A stretch of 64,000 bases of DNA from Octopus sinensis (lineage: Eukaryota), in contig NC_042999.1 in the NCBI RefSeq assembly GCF_006345805.1, positions 26,660,001 through 26,724,000 of the forward strand, given 5' to 3'. The notes below the pieces were generated by a model. That model was not told the DNA's origin. It ran no database searches and saw only the letters and a program-made list of their open reading frames with translations. The position numbers were made by a program, and so were the translations under genes. The first letter of the stretch is position 1; the number at the start of each line of letters is the position of its first letter. Shown one piece after another: positions 12,526-25,826 of the stretch.

Positions 12526-13180
12526 TATAAAGGTTTGAATATCACCTGGCGTTTAATTCCATTTCTTTATTATCTGTGTACAAAAACATTTCACTAAACC
12601 CTGTAAATTCTACCTTTATAAGTAGCCTGTAACATACTTGGCACTTATATGAATTTTTTGGTATCTATATATTTTTCCGTGTTATTTTTACGCATTGAAA
12701 ATACACACATACACACGCGCGCACCCACATACACATACACGCATATAATTCAAAAGAGGTGTCGCAAATAAACATACGAATATATACTAAATACACAGAC
12801 GAACAAAAAATAGAGAATGTCAAAAACTCATCTTCAGTTATCGGCAATTCCGGCCATTATCGATAATATTGCTTCTTGTTCGGACGCACCGCCAAGGAAC
12901 CTGCCGGGAATGTGACCAAAACATAACAAAACGGGACAGGCTCGAGACAAGCTCGAAACGAGGCGGTTAGTGGACGGACGAGGGACAAAAAAATAAATAC
13001 AATAAAGGCTGACAGCTACATGGATACAACAATTAAAATTTTAACAATACATATACAGCAAAAAAAGCCATAGGGCTGCAAGACAAGACAGAATTGGGTA
13101 AAGTGAAGGAGGAATGAATAATTGTCCTAAAGGACTATAGACACGGGAGGGTAGTGTGCGTGTGTATGTGTGTATAGACA

Positions 13181-13213
<33 letters not shown>

Positions 13214-13215
13214 CA

Positions 13216-13291
<76 letters not shown>

Positions 13292-13805
13292 GCATATACA
13301 TACATTAGAAGGTTTGGAGATGGTATACAGGTATTGTATATTAGAAGAAATAAGGTACTCAGAAATCTGGATGATTTTATATTTACAGATATTTATTAAT
13401 ATGTCACATGTTTTTATAAATCATATATATTCGAGTTTGCGTCAACTGTAGTGGAGTCGTCAGATTGAACTTTTTCAAGACTTTTGTCTCTTTTTATAGT
13501 ATTATTGAGTGTGTAGGGGTGGAGAGAGATATAAGATAGTACAAGAGGGTGAGGAATGTGGATAAAGTGAGAGAGAGTGCGTGTTTGGGCTTTTTTTTTT
13601 GAAAGACGTTCAATGGAAAAGAGAAGGAAAGGAAGAAGGAAGAGAGAGAGAAGAAAGAAATGTGTTGACATCGTTGCAGCTGGTCAGTCTTTCAATAGTA
13701 AATGATTATTTGCTTTTAGAAATGGCAAACCCAGCTGTAAGATATCCATACATATACATACATACATACATACATACACACACACGCACACACACACACA
13801 CACAT

Positions 13806-13842
<37 letters not shown>

Positions 13843-13844
13843 CA

Positions 13845-13877
<33 letters not shown>

Positions 13878-14531
13878 TTTAATACGTGTACATTTATTTA
13901 TATTAACTATATTGCAAAGTGAAATATATTGCAAATTGTGTTTGAAATATTAAGATATTGGATTTTAATTTCATGTAGCAAAACCTGAGTTTTGATATTA
14001 GCTTTCAATGCCAGAAGGATATGAAAAAGAAATGACAGGAGAAGAATGTTAAACGTATGATTAAATAAACGCAGAGAATCTTTAGTGTTTGAAGCTGTTA
14101 TTCGGTGATTTCAATAATACAAAATACTTTCATTAATCTTAGTCTTTCCCGCTTTATCATTTTAACTGCTATCATTTTTGTATTTTATGAATGTGTCTCT
14201 ATTTGTTTCTCCATATGTCTCGTTTCTAGCATTCAGTTGATTTTTTCCATGAAAGATTATTAACAGTAAACACATATATGTAAGACTTATTTCAGATATC
14301 TGTAGTTTGATCTAGGAATTTATTGCGTATGAAATGGAGATGTATTTTTAAACTTTCATTTAAGAAAAAAAAAATTATTCAGAAAAGATATATTCAATTG
14401 TATGTCACTACTTTTTTCCTATGTAAGTTCGTTAAAATCCATTTGTCGGCACACTTGGTATATTTTCAAAAATCTAGAATTATTTGTTTGTACCATGACA
14501 AAATTACTTCAACTCTACTTCGAATTTTTAT

Positions 14532-14600
<69 letters not shown>

Positions 14601-15289
14601 CTTGTATCTGATTGTCTCTATGTAATTACCTGTCTGTCTATCGATGTATCTGGCTGTCAGTCTGTCTACATATCTCTCTCTTTCCCTCTTCTTACACACA
14701 CGCATACGCATGCACACACACGCGCGCACACACACGCACACACAAACACACACACACAGAATCACACATATAGTCTTAAAAATAAATACATCAAAATATT
14801 CAATGATACATGTCAATCTGTGTTCTTTACATATTTATTAAGCATTATTATATAATTCTCTTTTAATTGCGTAACTCTGGAAGCAAATAAATCTACAAAT
14901 AACAGCTTGTAAAAGTTTAAAATCCCCTTTTATTAGAAAAAGTCGAATAAAGTCTGTGGGTCACCAACTTAAATTTCTTGCAAAGCCATCCATTGAATTT
15001 ATTTTCCTTTTTCGCAACTTTATTCATACGAGCGAGAATTGCAGTAATATTGTTGTAGCCCTTTTGCAAAGAAGTTGCATATGCAAGTGCTACAATTTGA
15101 AAGCACCGCATACCAGATGCTTGCAAGATTATGGGGCCATGAGGAGAGAATGCGCGCTGCGTCAGCATTATTGCACGCTGGTCTACCTCACTGAAGTCAG
15201 GTTTTGCTTGCTAGATCAACCGGTTACTTGGTTTTAGAAATATTCTTCTAGCAATTGCTCATAGCCGCTTTCAATCAAATGCGGTGGCA

Positions 15290-15670
15290 TGCCTTCTACC
15301 TTATAGTCTGGATATCACTCATGATGGCAATTGCTTTATGATCAGTTTGGCCTAGCAACCACAACAATCGCCTCTATCTCAAACGAAATCTCTTCATCGA
15401 ACTTAGATTGGAAAATGGTCTGCTTTCCCGCCTGCGTCTTCACATTCGTCGAGGAGGTTTCTACAACGGTTAATCTTTGGAGCCTGAGCAACGTCTATGT
15501 TATCTTTATGACGAACCGTTAACTCGACCACATTTACTACTCTCTTTTTTTCAAATATGATAATACCTGCTTTCATCGTAACTGGAATGGGAAACAATCT
15601 TTGGCACCCAGGTAAATCTGCAGTAACCTTCCAGTAACCGTCCCACTTTTCATTGTTCAAAGTTATATTA
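15290..15670 (-). mobile_element. HERO-like (R2 superfamily) non-LTR retrotransposon, restriction-like endonuclease fragment
   Basis: WKVTADLPGCQRLFPIP..VVNVVELTVRHKDNI..C..AGGKADHFPI*V resembles the ELTVPxED..PIEVGCRG signature of HERO-clade endonucleases. Confidence 0.65.
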
Positions 15671-15859
15671 TTGATGTTATACGGATTTCTAAACATCGAG
15701 AGATGAGGTAATTGTTTTGAACCGGAGGCCTCAGAGCAAAAGTGTGTAATTATGTGCACGTATATGTGTACATGTGTGCGTATATGTGTGTGCGCGTGTG
15801 TGTGTCTGTGTGTGTGTATGGGATCACTTTTCTTCATATATATGTCTGTTTCGATATAT

Positions 15860-16040
15860 TGGAAAATTCGACCCACTTGATAAATGGATGTGAGAAACTT
15901 GCACAAGAAGAATACAAGCGCCGCCACGATAAAATGTGTGTATCTTCATGGGATCTTATGCCGTAAATACTAATATGTAGTAACAGAGAACCGGTATGTG
16001 CATGTACCAAGTGGAGTTATGCAGGAGGATGGAAAAGTAA
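15860..16040 (+). mobile_element. R4/Dong-like LINE fragment (zinc-knuckle region)
   Basis: STHLINGCEKLAQEEYKRRHDK...YVHVPSGVMQED. Confidence 0.75.
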
Positions 16041-16278
16041 CTGTTTTCTCATTGGAAGTGATGACTAATCTCTTCTTTTATTTACTTAGGAGTAAATCTG
16101 TGCTCTGTCTCAGTTGTCTATGGCTAGGATGTCATATACAACTAAGCAATTCTAGTCTTGAATCGTGTTCTAGCGACGAAGCAGCCCGATTTGCACTGCA
16201 ACTGTGAACGCCTTACATAAATAAGTTAGTATCATCTGCCGCTAATTCCCAGTAGATTTGTTTCATCAGATCGCTGGT

Positions 16279-16566
16279 GGAGGCACATGGCCTAGTGGTT
16301 AGAGCAGCGGACTCACGGTCGAGGGATCGCGGGTTCGAATCTCAGATCGGACGATATGTGTGTTTATGAGCGACACACCGGCAGAAGGTAATGGCGAAAC
16401 TTCTGCTGACTCTTTCGCCACAACTTTCTCCCACTCTTTCCTCCTGCATCTTGCAGCTCACCTGCGATGGACCGGTGTTCCGTCCAGATGGGGAACCTAT
16501 ACGTCAAGAAACCGGGAAACCGGCCCTTATAAGCCAGGCATGGCTCGAGAAGGAACAAACAACAAA
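16279..16566 (+). mobile_element. tRNA-derived SINE with V-domain-like core
   Basis: Box A TGGCCTAGTGG, box B GGTTCGAATCT, central CTGCGATGGACCGGTGTTCCGTCCAG, (CAAA)n-like tail. Confidence 0.75.
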
Positions 16567-16860
16567 AATCAGATTGCTGGACGGTACTTTGATATTTCAG
16601 CAACGTATCCGGTATTTTCAAGCATATTTCACTTACCTGAAAGATGTATATATAGGTGAATATTTTAGTAGTGAATTTTAATTGGCTACATGCTCGCCAA
16701 AAATATCATTACGTAGCCATATAAGTACGACCATGAACCACTTTCATTTGTTCTCCTTCTCTTTGCGTATACATGAATGTGCACTCTGTATGTACACATA
16801 TATGCGCGTGCGAGTATGTGTGTGTGTATCTCTGTGTATGTGTGTATGTATCTCTGTGTA

Positions 16861-16914
<54 letters not shown>

Positions 16915-18399
16915 CTTGTGTCTGTGTTTTCTTAGTAAAAATGCTTCAATGCATAACATACGCCCAAAAGCTGAGCTCTCTTCCTTTGAAATGTTTTATA
17001 CTTCCCTCTATCTCCTCACAAACTCTTCCCGTTTTTCTTTTTCCCGACATGCTTTGCTCATTTACTTCATTGATTACGGTAATTCATTAGTTTATTCCTT
17101 CCGTCTTATTTTTTTATGCTCTTTGTCTAAACATTTTTGTTCAGTTAGCTTTTTTTTTTTCCTTTATTTTTTTTTTGTGATCGCAATTTCTCGCCCGTTT
17201 TTTTCAGTCGTAACTCTTTTCAGATGTTCTTTCTTTCCAGCTTAATATTTTCCTCCATTTTCCGACCTTGCTTTCGTGCTTCATTTATTTGAATTATTTT
17301 TTTCTTTTTCCTTTCCTTCTTTCTTTCTTTCTTTCTTTCTTTCTGTTATTGTTACCTCATTACTCGCTTGTCTGTTTTCTTTCTTCCCTTTTTTTTGGGG
17401 GGGGGTCTTTCGATCTTTATTTCTTTCCGTCATTCCTTTCCGTTTTCCGTTTTTACTTTTTCCTTTTCCTTCATTCCTTCCTTTCTTCCTTCCTTCATCC
17501 ATCCATTCATTCATTCATTCCTTCAACTGTTGTTTTACATCTTTAACTCGTTTGCTGGGCCTCGCAGTCCATCATTGATTTACGCATTCCTTCTTTTACA
17601 GTTTCCCTGAAGAGCTTCTCTCTGGCTTTCATTCCATCTTTATTTTCCATTCCCGATGTCCTTTTTTTTATATCCGTTGATACACTTCCTTCTATATTAT
17701 ATTAATTTGTTATCTCTTCCTCTCCAATTCTCAATCTCTATGTTGATTCTCAATACAAAATATCCAGTGAGGGAAATATATTTGTAATTGCGTTTCAAAC
17801 CATTGGAAATAATCCAGAGGCAACAAGCAGATAAGTATAAATGAGGTTTGAAATACAACTATATCTGGACAGAATACATGGTAATTACTCATATTATTTT
17901 CTCGCAATCAGATTGTGATTTTACTTCTTTGTTTTATATGCTATCACAAACAGTAAATTTTCTTTATTTATCTTTGATAATATCTTGTTAAAAATAAGAG
18001 TAAATATACAGTTGTAGTATCCGTCATGTGTTCTCCATTAAAGTAAATGCAATTGGCAGGTCTACACTAGCTACTAGCTGTATTGATTACAAAGTGAAAT
18101 CGCCAGCAGTCTAATAATTCTGTATTCATTTCAGTTTGAATATAATTGTATATGTTCATATATTTGTATAATTTTATATATTTACAAGTATTTGTATATT
18201 TCTATGCATGTACATAAATCTGTATATTGATCTAAATTTCATTTACGTTCATTAACCGGTTTGATTCAGTGGACTAAAGCCAAAATAGGGCAAAACTAAA
18301 AGTAATTTAGTCAAAGAAATATAAAAAGAAATCAAAGACCACACAGAGATATTCTCTTCTTCATTTCATCCTCTCCCTTTCATACAAACAAATACAAGC

Positions 18400-20220
18400 C
18401 GATTAATTGCCTAAATTCCATTTATAAAATTCCTCTAAAGATGCCATTCAAGAAGACAGTGGTATATCAAACTGCATTCAGATACATGTATATAGAGACT
18501 TGTCATCGTCATGTATCGTACGACTGCAGCGCATTGATGACACGTTGGCAGAAGGCTTTAAGCGTGAGTTCCCCGACTGCCTTGCCATATTGAACATGCT
18601 CGTGATATTATCCATACACTGCGTTCTTTGCCTGCCTCTTGATCCACTATCCTCTACTCCCTTTTCCATGAGAATACTGTCTAGATCTCTGCTTCTTCGA
18701 ATATGGCCATAATAGATGAGAATTTGGTTTTCAACTATGTTCAGGTGTTGTTGTTTATAACTTACTTGTCGTAACACCCATTCATTTGTCTTATGGTCCT
18801 TCTAAGAAACTCATTATATTCTCCTATATACTAATATTACAGACGCATCGACTATGTTTTGTTTTCTTCAAATATTTATAGCAGTGCTTTTCAAACTTTT
18901 TGCTGGAGCGGAACCCCGGGTAAACATTCCACTGGTTCGAGGAACCCCCTGCAATAATTTAATAGTCTTATGTACACATATCTGCACAGGAGAATTAAAC
19001 ATTACTGCCTATTTTAGCAGTTTTGTAACTTCTTGCGGAACCCTTGGACTGTACTGGCGGAACCCTAAGCTTCTGAGGAACCCTGGTTGAAAACCACTGA
19101 TTTATAGAGTCCATGCTTTGCAACAATGAAAGCCCGTTGACCAAATGAGCGCTCACACTAGTATTGCTTTTAACTGAATTGGAAAAAAATTTGCTGTTCA
19201 AGATGTTATTAAAATATTCCATGGACTTTATTACCTTGGCTAACCGAATCATATTTTCTTTCTTCAATGTGGTTTCATAAAAGATTTGGGCTTCATGATT
19301 CTTATACAATTCAGGCTCTTGAAGCCTTTGTTTTCTTATGGTTGAGATAAAGACAATGAGTATTTGATTCCTTCTCGACTCAACTTATCACATCATACAG
19401 TTCGGGTTTAGTCCTGGCATGTTGATCAGTATCGTCTGCATATCTTATATTATAAACATGCAAGCTATGTATTTTGATGCCATCCTCCTACTTGCTGCAT
19501 TGCTTCTCAAATTAGCTACTCAGTGTGTCGATGTTGAACAAGTATAGAGAAAGAATAGAACCTAACGAATAACTTACCCATTTTTGAGCTTTTCTGCGCT
19601 CCCATTATTTCCTCGAATGCAGGAGTCTTGCTGAATGTAAAGCTGTTTGATGAGCGTAATGAGGTGTTTTGCAATGTTGAGATTTGACATAGGGCCTCAC
19701 ATGTGACATAGTTTGCCTTGTCAAAGGCGTTATATTACTCATTGTGGTAAAGGAAAGTTTGTGTGATCTTGTCTTTATTTTCTAAAATTGTGTAGTGATG
19801 TGCAGATGATGTCTTGTGCCACATCTTTTAAGCCAGCCTGTTCTTTAGTTATTCCTTGTTCGAGGATTTGTCTCAAACGTGCTACGATTATGACAAAAAG
19901 TACTTCACTTGCAGAGCGATTGATCAATAATACCCACACACATGCAGATTTCTCCCATTTGTGCATTGTTTCATATTCTGCTGTGCAACACTCTAACGGA
20001 CAGTCTTCTCTCTAGATTTTTTTCAGCAGAGTTTGTGGAATATTGCTACGGCACTCCCTCCTGCGTATCGATTACATCAATCGGTACTGCAACTAGATCT
20101 GATGGTTTCCCGTTTTCTTATATTTTTCTGCGCTTTTTACTATCACTCGTTCTAGTATTTCAGGCTCTTTCTCACACCCTAACACTGGATCATTTTCACA
20201 CAATTTCTTGGTGTACTTTA
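18400..20220 (-). mobile_element. Decayed RTE-clade LINE (RT and C-terminus), interrupted by a hAT MITE
   Basis: LFVIIVARLRQILEQGITKEQAG, NIRYADD and YYGHIRR..GSRGRQRTQCMDNI. Confidence 0.8.
18882..19099. mobile_element. hAT-type MITE (218 bp)
   Basis: TIRs CAGTGCTTTTCAA / TTGAAAACCACTG; exact 8-bp TSD ATTTATAG at 18874-81 and 19100-07. Confidence 0.9.
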
Positions 20221-20829
20221 ACCGTATTTGTTTTAAATGTTGTCCTGTTGTTTCATACACAGAGTGTAATAAATAGAAATTACAATAAGCAAAAGAGAAA
20301 TAGTCTTATTATCAATGCCCTTGTGTATGTTAAAATGAGGAGAATGGTCAAAAGGAATAGGTGATGAAAGAAGAAAGAATGAAAGACGAAGGGAAAATTT
20401 TAAAAAGGAGTGTTAGTTAGTGGTCAAGGTATTATGTGGGGAGGGATAGGAAGAGATAAGAATGTAAGGAATGAATACGTGCGAGGATTGGAAGTGATAT
20501 GTTTGAAAGGCACCAACATGGGGGGATGGGTAGAGAAAATGTTACAGGAGGTTTTATTTAAGTGAGTAGTAAACCTCAAAAATGAAGTGAAAAAGAATAA
20601 GATGTAATGGTCAAGTTTCTAAAAATAGTCAGATGTGGTGATTGTACTGGCTAATGTGATTGTGAGGTCTGTGGATTCAGAGAGAGAAGGAAAGAAGTGT
20701 ATGTTGATATACGCACGCAAGTACATAGATATAGGTGTGTATATGCACTATTATATTGGCCCGCATAGTTATGTACTTAAACCCATACGCATATATGCAT
20801 ATGTATATACTCTGAATCCCACATTGTTA

Positions 20830-22050
20830 CGCAAATCACCCTTCTCTCAATAAATAAAAGTATATTCCTTCCAAACCAGTTGTTTTCCCACTGACTGATG
20901 GCAACACATATCTGCGAACATAAATCGGATCTGAACGGACGAAAACAAACGGTGGCCATTATCGTGAAGCAAAAACATTTCTGCTGTCCCAAATTGTTAG
21001 GCAGGCGCCAAATTTATGTCATTATGAGTTAGGATCGTGATCTTATATTGAATGAAAAGTCTACCATTGTGTCAGAGCTTTGAAAAGGAAAAAACATCCA
21101 TAGAAATATCAAAAATAATAGGAAGAGATCATCGAACAGTGAAGAACTTTGTGTAGTCTCCTATTTCTGTCCGGTCGAGGGCAGATAAATATAAGTTGAG
21201 AGTTGCTTCGAATCGTACTTTGTCACGTGTGAAAAGTAGGATTCTGCGAAACCCATATTTGACAAGTAAAGAAGTCTTCAAACGTTGCAGGAAAGAGACG
21301 TATCGAACACTACAAGGTATCGCCTCTTGAAGCATGTAGGAAGTAATTTTAAACTTAATACAAGGTCTTTTCTGAAGGCTGTTCATAAGCAGCAGAGATT
21401 GAAATGGGCAGAAAAATACATTAAGATAGACTTTTCAACTGTTCTGTTCATTGACGAATGCTGTGCTATCCTTGACTGACTAGATAGTTGGAGTAAAGTT
21501 TAGGTATCAATCAGCAGGAACCGTCCTCATCGTTTTAGACGCCAACAAGGGGGGATATGTTTTCGGTTGGCATTGTTGATGGTATGATCATCGGGGCGTG
21601 TAAAGTATCAGATGGTATTCAGATGGCATCGAAAACATATGTTACCTTTAAGAGAAAGCTGGTCTTCATGCAAGATAATGCCCTGTTACATGCAGCGAAG
21701 AATTCTATGGAATATCTGCAGCAAATAGGCCGCCCTGGAAGTCGTTTGATGGATTAGTCCCCTTGTTCCCCTGACTTAAACGAGATCGGGGACCTGTAGA
21801 GTGCCCTGAAGAGGCGTGTTTACTAAGATGCCTTCTGGGATGCTATTGTAGATGCTACTCAAATCATGACACAAGAGGACATCATCACTTTGACAAATTC
21901 AATGGTTCAGCACGTAAGGAATGTTATTGCATGTGGAGGATCATGCATCAGACATTAAGAGCTCTACGGCATATTGCTCCCAGGATTATTTTCCTTCGAA
22001 CGTATTATGTTTGCCATTAAGGGCTTTATGAATAATTTTTTGTCTATGTA
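20830..22050 (+). mobile_element. Decayed Tc1-like transposon
   Basis: EISKIIGRDHRTVKNFV, LFIDEC, FMQDNA..HAA, SPDLNEI; several stops and frameshifts. Confidence 0.85.
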
Positions 22051-22197
22051 TGTATATATGTCTCTGTGTGAATAAATGTATGTATATGCATGTGTGCATG
22101 TTTGTATGTGAGTATGCTTGTCTCTCCATATTACGTATGTATTTATCTATCTGTTTACTTACCTATACATTTACCTACACATATATATGTATATATT

Positions 22198-22243
<46 letters not shown>

Positions 22244-22244
<1 letters not shown>

Positions 22245-22747
22245 TAGTAGTATCGCCCGGCGTTGCTCGGGTTTGTAAGGGAAATAACTATATAAGCATT
22301 TTTAGAGAGTTACTTCCCTTAGATGCCAATTCGGGCTTTCTTAGACATTTCTGTTTTGGTGTCTTCAAGCCATGAAGTCGTTGTTCTAAAAGAACGCTGG
22401 TCTCCTTGACAACGCTTTACGACGTTGATTTCCTTACGCTCCTTCCCCACAGCTTCACGAGGGAGGGAAGAAGGGGGAGAAGCCAAACAGGTGCAGGTGT
22501 GACCAGGACGCCACTCCACCGCCATCGACACACGAAAAATTATACATTAAAATGGAATAAAAAATTATATAAATTATTTTTAAAATCGTAGACTCATCGT
22601 AGACGCGCGCTAATACTCAGACGGGCTCGATATGAATCACGACTATAAGATACCCGAATTTGGTTAAACTGCACCGCAAAATGTGGGAGTAGTTAGGAAT
22701 CTAAATCGAAGGGGACAGACACTCACACAACTACAGTTTATATATTA
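22244..22747 (-). mobile_element. Non-autonomous Helitron, tandem copy 1
   Basis: The minus-strand 3' end has the hairpin CCCGAGCAACGCCGGG followed by CTAG|T. Same family as 55308-56154. Confidence 0.85.
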
Positions 22748-23254
22748 CTAGCAGTATCGCCCGGCGTTGCTCGGGTTTGTAAGGGAAATAATTATATAAG
22801 CATTTTTAGAGAGTTACTTCCCTTATAAATTCGGGCTTCTTAGCCCTTTTTGTTTTGGTGTCTCTCAAGCCATGAAGTCGTTGTTCTAAAAGAACGCTGG
22901 TCTCCTTCACAACGCATACGACGTTGATTTCTTTACACTCCCTTCCCCCAGCTTCACGAGGGAGGGAAGAAGGGGGAGAAGCAAACAGGTGCAGGTGTGA
23001 CCATGGACGCCAACTCCGCCGCCATCGACACACGGTGCATTTTATGCATTAAAATGGAATAAAAAATGATGTTAAATTATTTTTAAAATCGTAGACTCAT
23101 CGTTGACGCGCGCTAATAGTCAGACGGGCTCGATATGAATCACGACTTTAAGATACCCGAATTTGGTTAAACTGCACCGCAAAATGTGGGAGGAGTTAGG
23201 AATCTAAATCGAAGGGGACAGACACTCACACAACTAGAGTTTTATATATATAGA
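22748..23254 (-). mobile_element. Non-autonomous Helitron, tandem copy 2
   Basis: A|TC 5' end at 23254 and hairpin plus CTAG 3' end at 22748; head-to-tail with copy 1. Confidence 0.85.
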
Positions 23255-23315
23255 TATATATATATATATATGCATACATATATAACATCACCGCAGTAAA
23301 TACAATACCGAAATA

Positions 23316-23346
<31 letters not shown>

Positions 23347-23366
23347 GTATATATATAGGCATACAT

Positions 23367-23456
23367 GAGTTTCAAGCGTGATGCTAGTTGTCAGCCATTT
23401 TGAATTTTCAAATTCAAATTCAAAAACTCTGACGACTAGCATCATGCTTGAAACTC
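23367..23456. repeat. 28-bp inverted repeat with 34-bp spacer
   Basis: GAGTTTCAAGCGTGATGCTAGTTGTCAG / CTGACGACTAGCATCATGCTTGAAACTC. Confidence 0.85.
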
Positions 23457-23584
23457 GGGTGTTCCAACGAATTTCAATCAAACTGTTTTTATATCCACAC
23501 ATGTAACACTCCAAAAATTGTTGGAGTGCACTCACTCGTGTATATATATATATGTATGCTTATATATATATATATATATGTATG

Positions 23585-23640
<56 letters not shown>

Positions 23641-24444
23641 ATACTGCTGTTGTTTTTTTCGGTATTTTGGCTTCCGGTGGTTGAATTTGAAATTTAGCAC
23701 CTATTTCTAAGCAGGCTGATGTTTTTTTCCGCATCCTCATGCTTTGAACTAACTTCAAATTTTGTAGCTACATAATGCTATTTAAACTTTTGAACCGCCT
23801 ATGTTACTGCTGTTAATATTATCAATTAAAAATATTCACTGCAGATAATATTAACAATAGCAACATATCAATTGGAATGTAAAAACCCGAATGCTTTCGC
23901 TCATATATGTAAAGCTTGCGCCATGTGTGCCAGACTGGCGCAAAACAAGCCATAACACTGGCAAATTTACAGCATGACCCGAAAAAAAGGTATATGAGTA
24001 TCTGAATTAAATATTTTTTTACTGGTTTGCTTTTTTAATGTCTTAATTCTACTCGCCTACTGTTGTTTTTTTTTTTCTGTTATTTGGTAAAGTTCAGTGT
24101 TTGAATTAGGAATTTAGCTTCTATTTCTAAGCAAGTTGAAGTTTTTTCCACATCCTCATGCCATGTGCTAGCTTAATATATATATATAAATATATAAATA
24201 TATATTAGAGGGAAACCACTATGTGGACACCCGTATGCTAGATATAGATCCGCTACGGTCTCACCACCAAGAAGTGTTCTCAAAAAATCTTTAGCAAAAC
24301 AACCAAAACGTAATCAAGCAAGACAAAAGAAATAGTAATAAAAATATGGATTATTCGTATACATGTTTCACTATCAACAAATTACGCAATCTTACATAAA
24401 TTACATATATATATATATATATATATACATATATACACATATAT

Positions 24445-24544
<100 letters not shown>

Positions 24545-25046
24545 ATGACACCTCGCCCGGGCGTGTGCTTCCAAGGGTAATTTCCTAGTAGCAATCCCAT
24601 ACCCATTTATGACTGATATGACCCCTTACCCAGCATGTAAATTTATACTTGAATATTCATCGTCTAGAAATGCTCAGTCTTTGCTTTTCGTTTTTATTTA
24701 CATGTATACATTATCTATATTGTATATAACTAACGCAAGCAGTTTTATTTATTTGCAACATTATCTCTCTCTCCCTTTTCTCCCCCTCTCTCTGTTTATA
24801 CATATATATATATATATATTATATATTATATATATATATATAAATTAAGGACTGAACACGAAAAAGTGGACAGTCAACATGCTAGATATAGACGTCAATC
24901 GCCATTCTCCAAAAAAGTCTATGTCTCAGATCAAACTCAACACAAAAACCAAAAAACAAAAACAAGTGAAAAATATACGAAATAAATATTTACCCATGTA
25001 CTAAATTCAGTTTCGGCTGTTATTTTCCGCAAGGAAAAGTGCAGCC

Positions 25047-25086
<40 letters not shown>

Positions 25087-25643
25087 TGTGTGTGTCTTTG
25101 TGTGTGTATTCTTAAATACGATTATTATTGTCTGTGGTTTCGATGTTTCGTCCAGTTAAGCCAACCTAAGCCATCGGCAGACTGCGATGCATTGAAGCTA
25201 ATCTTAAATTTATTTCGTCTCTGTTGAGTTAAAAATCTTCCATGGCTATTGGTGTTTGAGTGGAATTGTAAAGCAATGATATATCTAGTAAAATCAGGAA
25301 TAACAAAATCTACTAGTCTATCCTACATCTACCTACATTCTTTTTCTGAACCATTAAAAAAAGACCATGAATTGCTTACATACACATCTGCTTACAAAGT
25401 TCTAGGATCGAAATTAAATTCTAAACAACACAACCTTTCATTTAGTCACTAAAACTTCTTCAATGCACCACCCTACTACAACCTATTTATTTACCATTTG
25501 ACCCAAACCCATATACCTTGGAGTGTAAAAACTCGAATGATTTTGCTCATAAATGTACTATATATAGCTGCTATATAAAGCCAAGATTAACTTCAATGCA
25601 TCCACACTGTCTACACACACACATATATATGTATATTATTATA

Positions 25644-25678
<35 letters not shown>

Positions 25679-25726
25679 TATATATTTTATATATATATAC
25701 ACATGTACATATATATTCACATAGAT

Positions 25727-25826
25727 NNNNNNNNNNNNNNNNNNNNNNNNNNNNNNNNNNNNNNNNNNNNNNNNNNNNNNNNNNNNNNNNNNNNNNNNNN
25801 NNNNNNNNNNNNNNNNNNNNNNNNNN
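25727..25826. other. Assembly gap (100 N)
   Basis: Run of 100 N flanked by (AT)n. Confidence 1.

Noticed and set aside
13041-14841. Many ORFs rich in YIYI, CVCV, HTHT or LSIY (here and throughout the window)
   Set aside because: These are translations of (AT)n, (GT)n and (TATC)n microsatellites, not genes.
16279-16350. tRNA gene
   Set aside because: It has A and B boxes but no complete cloverleaf, and it continues into a SINE body.
24351-24400. GAAACAUGUA hammerhead-like end in a pseudo-LTR-like repeat
   Set aside because: The CUGANGA core and stem II are too degraded to call.
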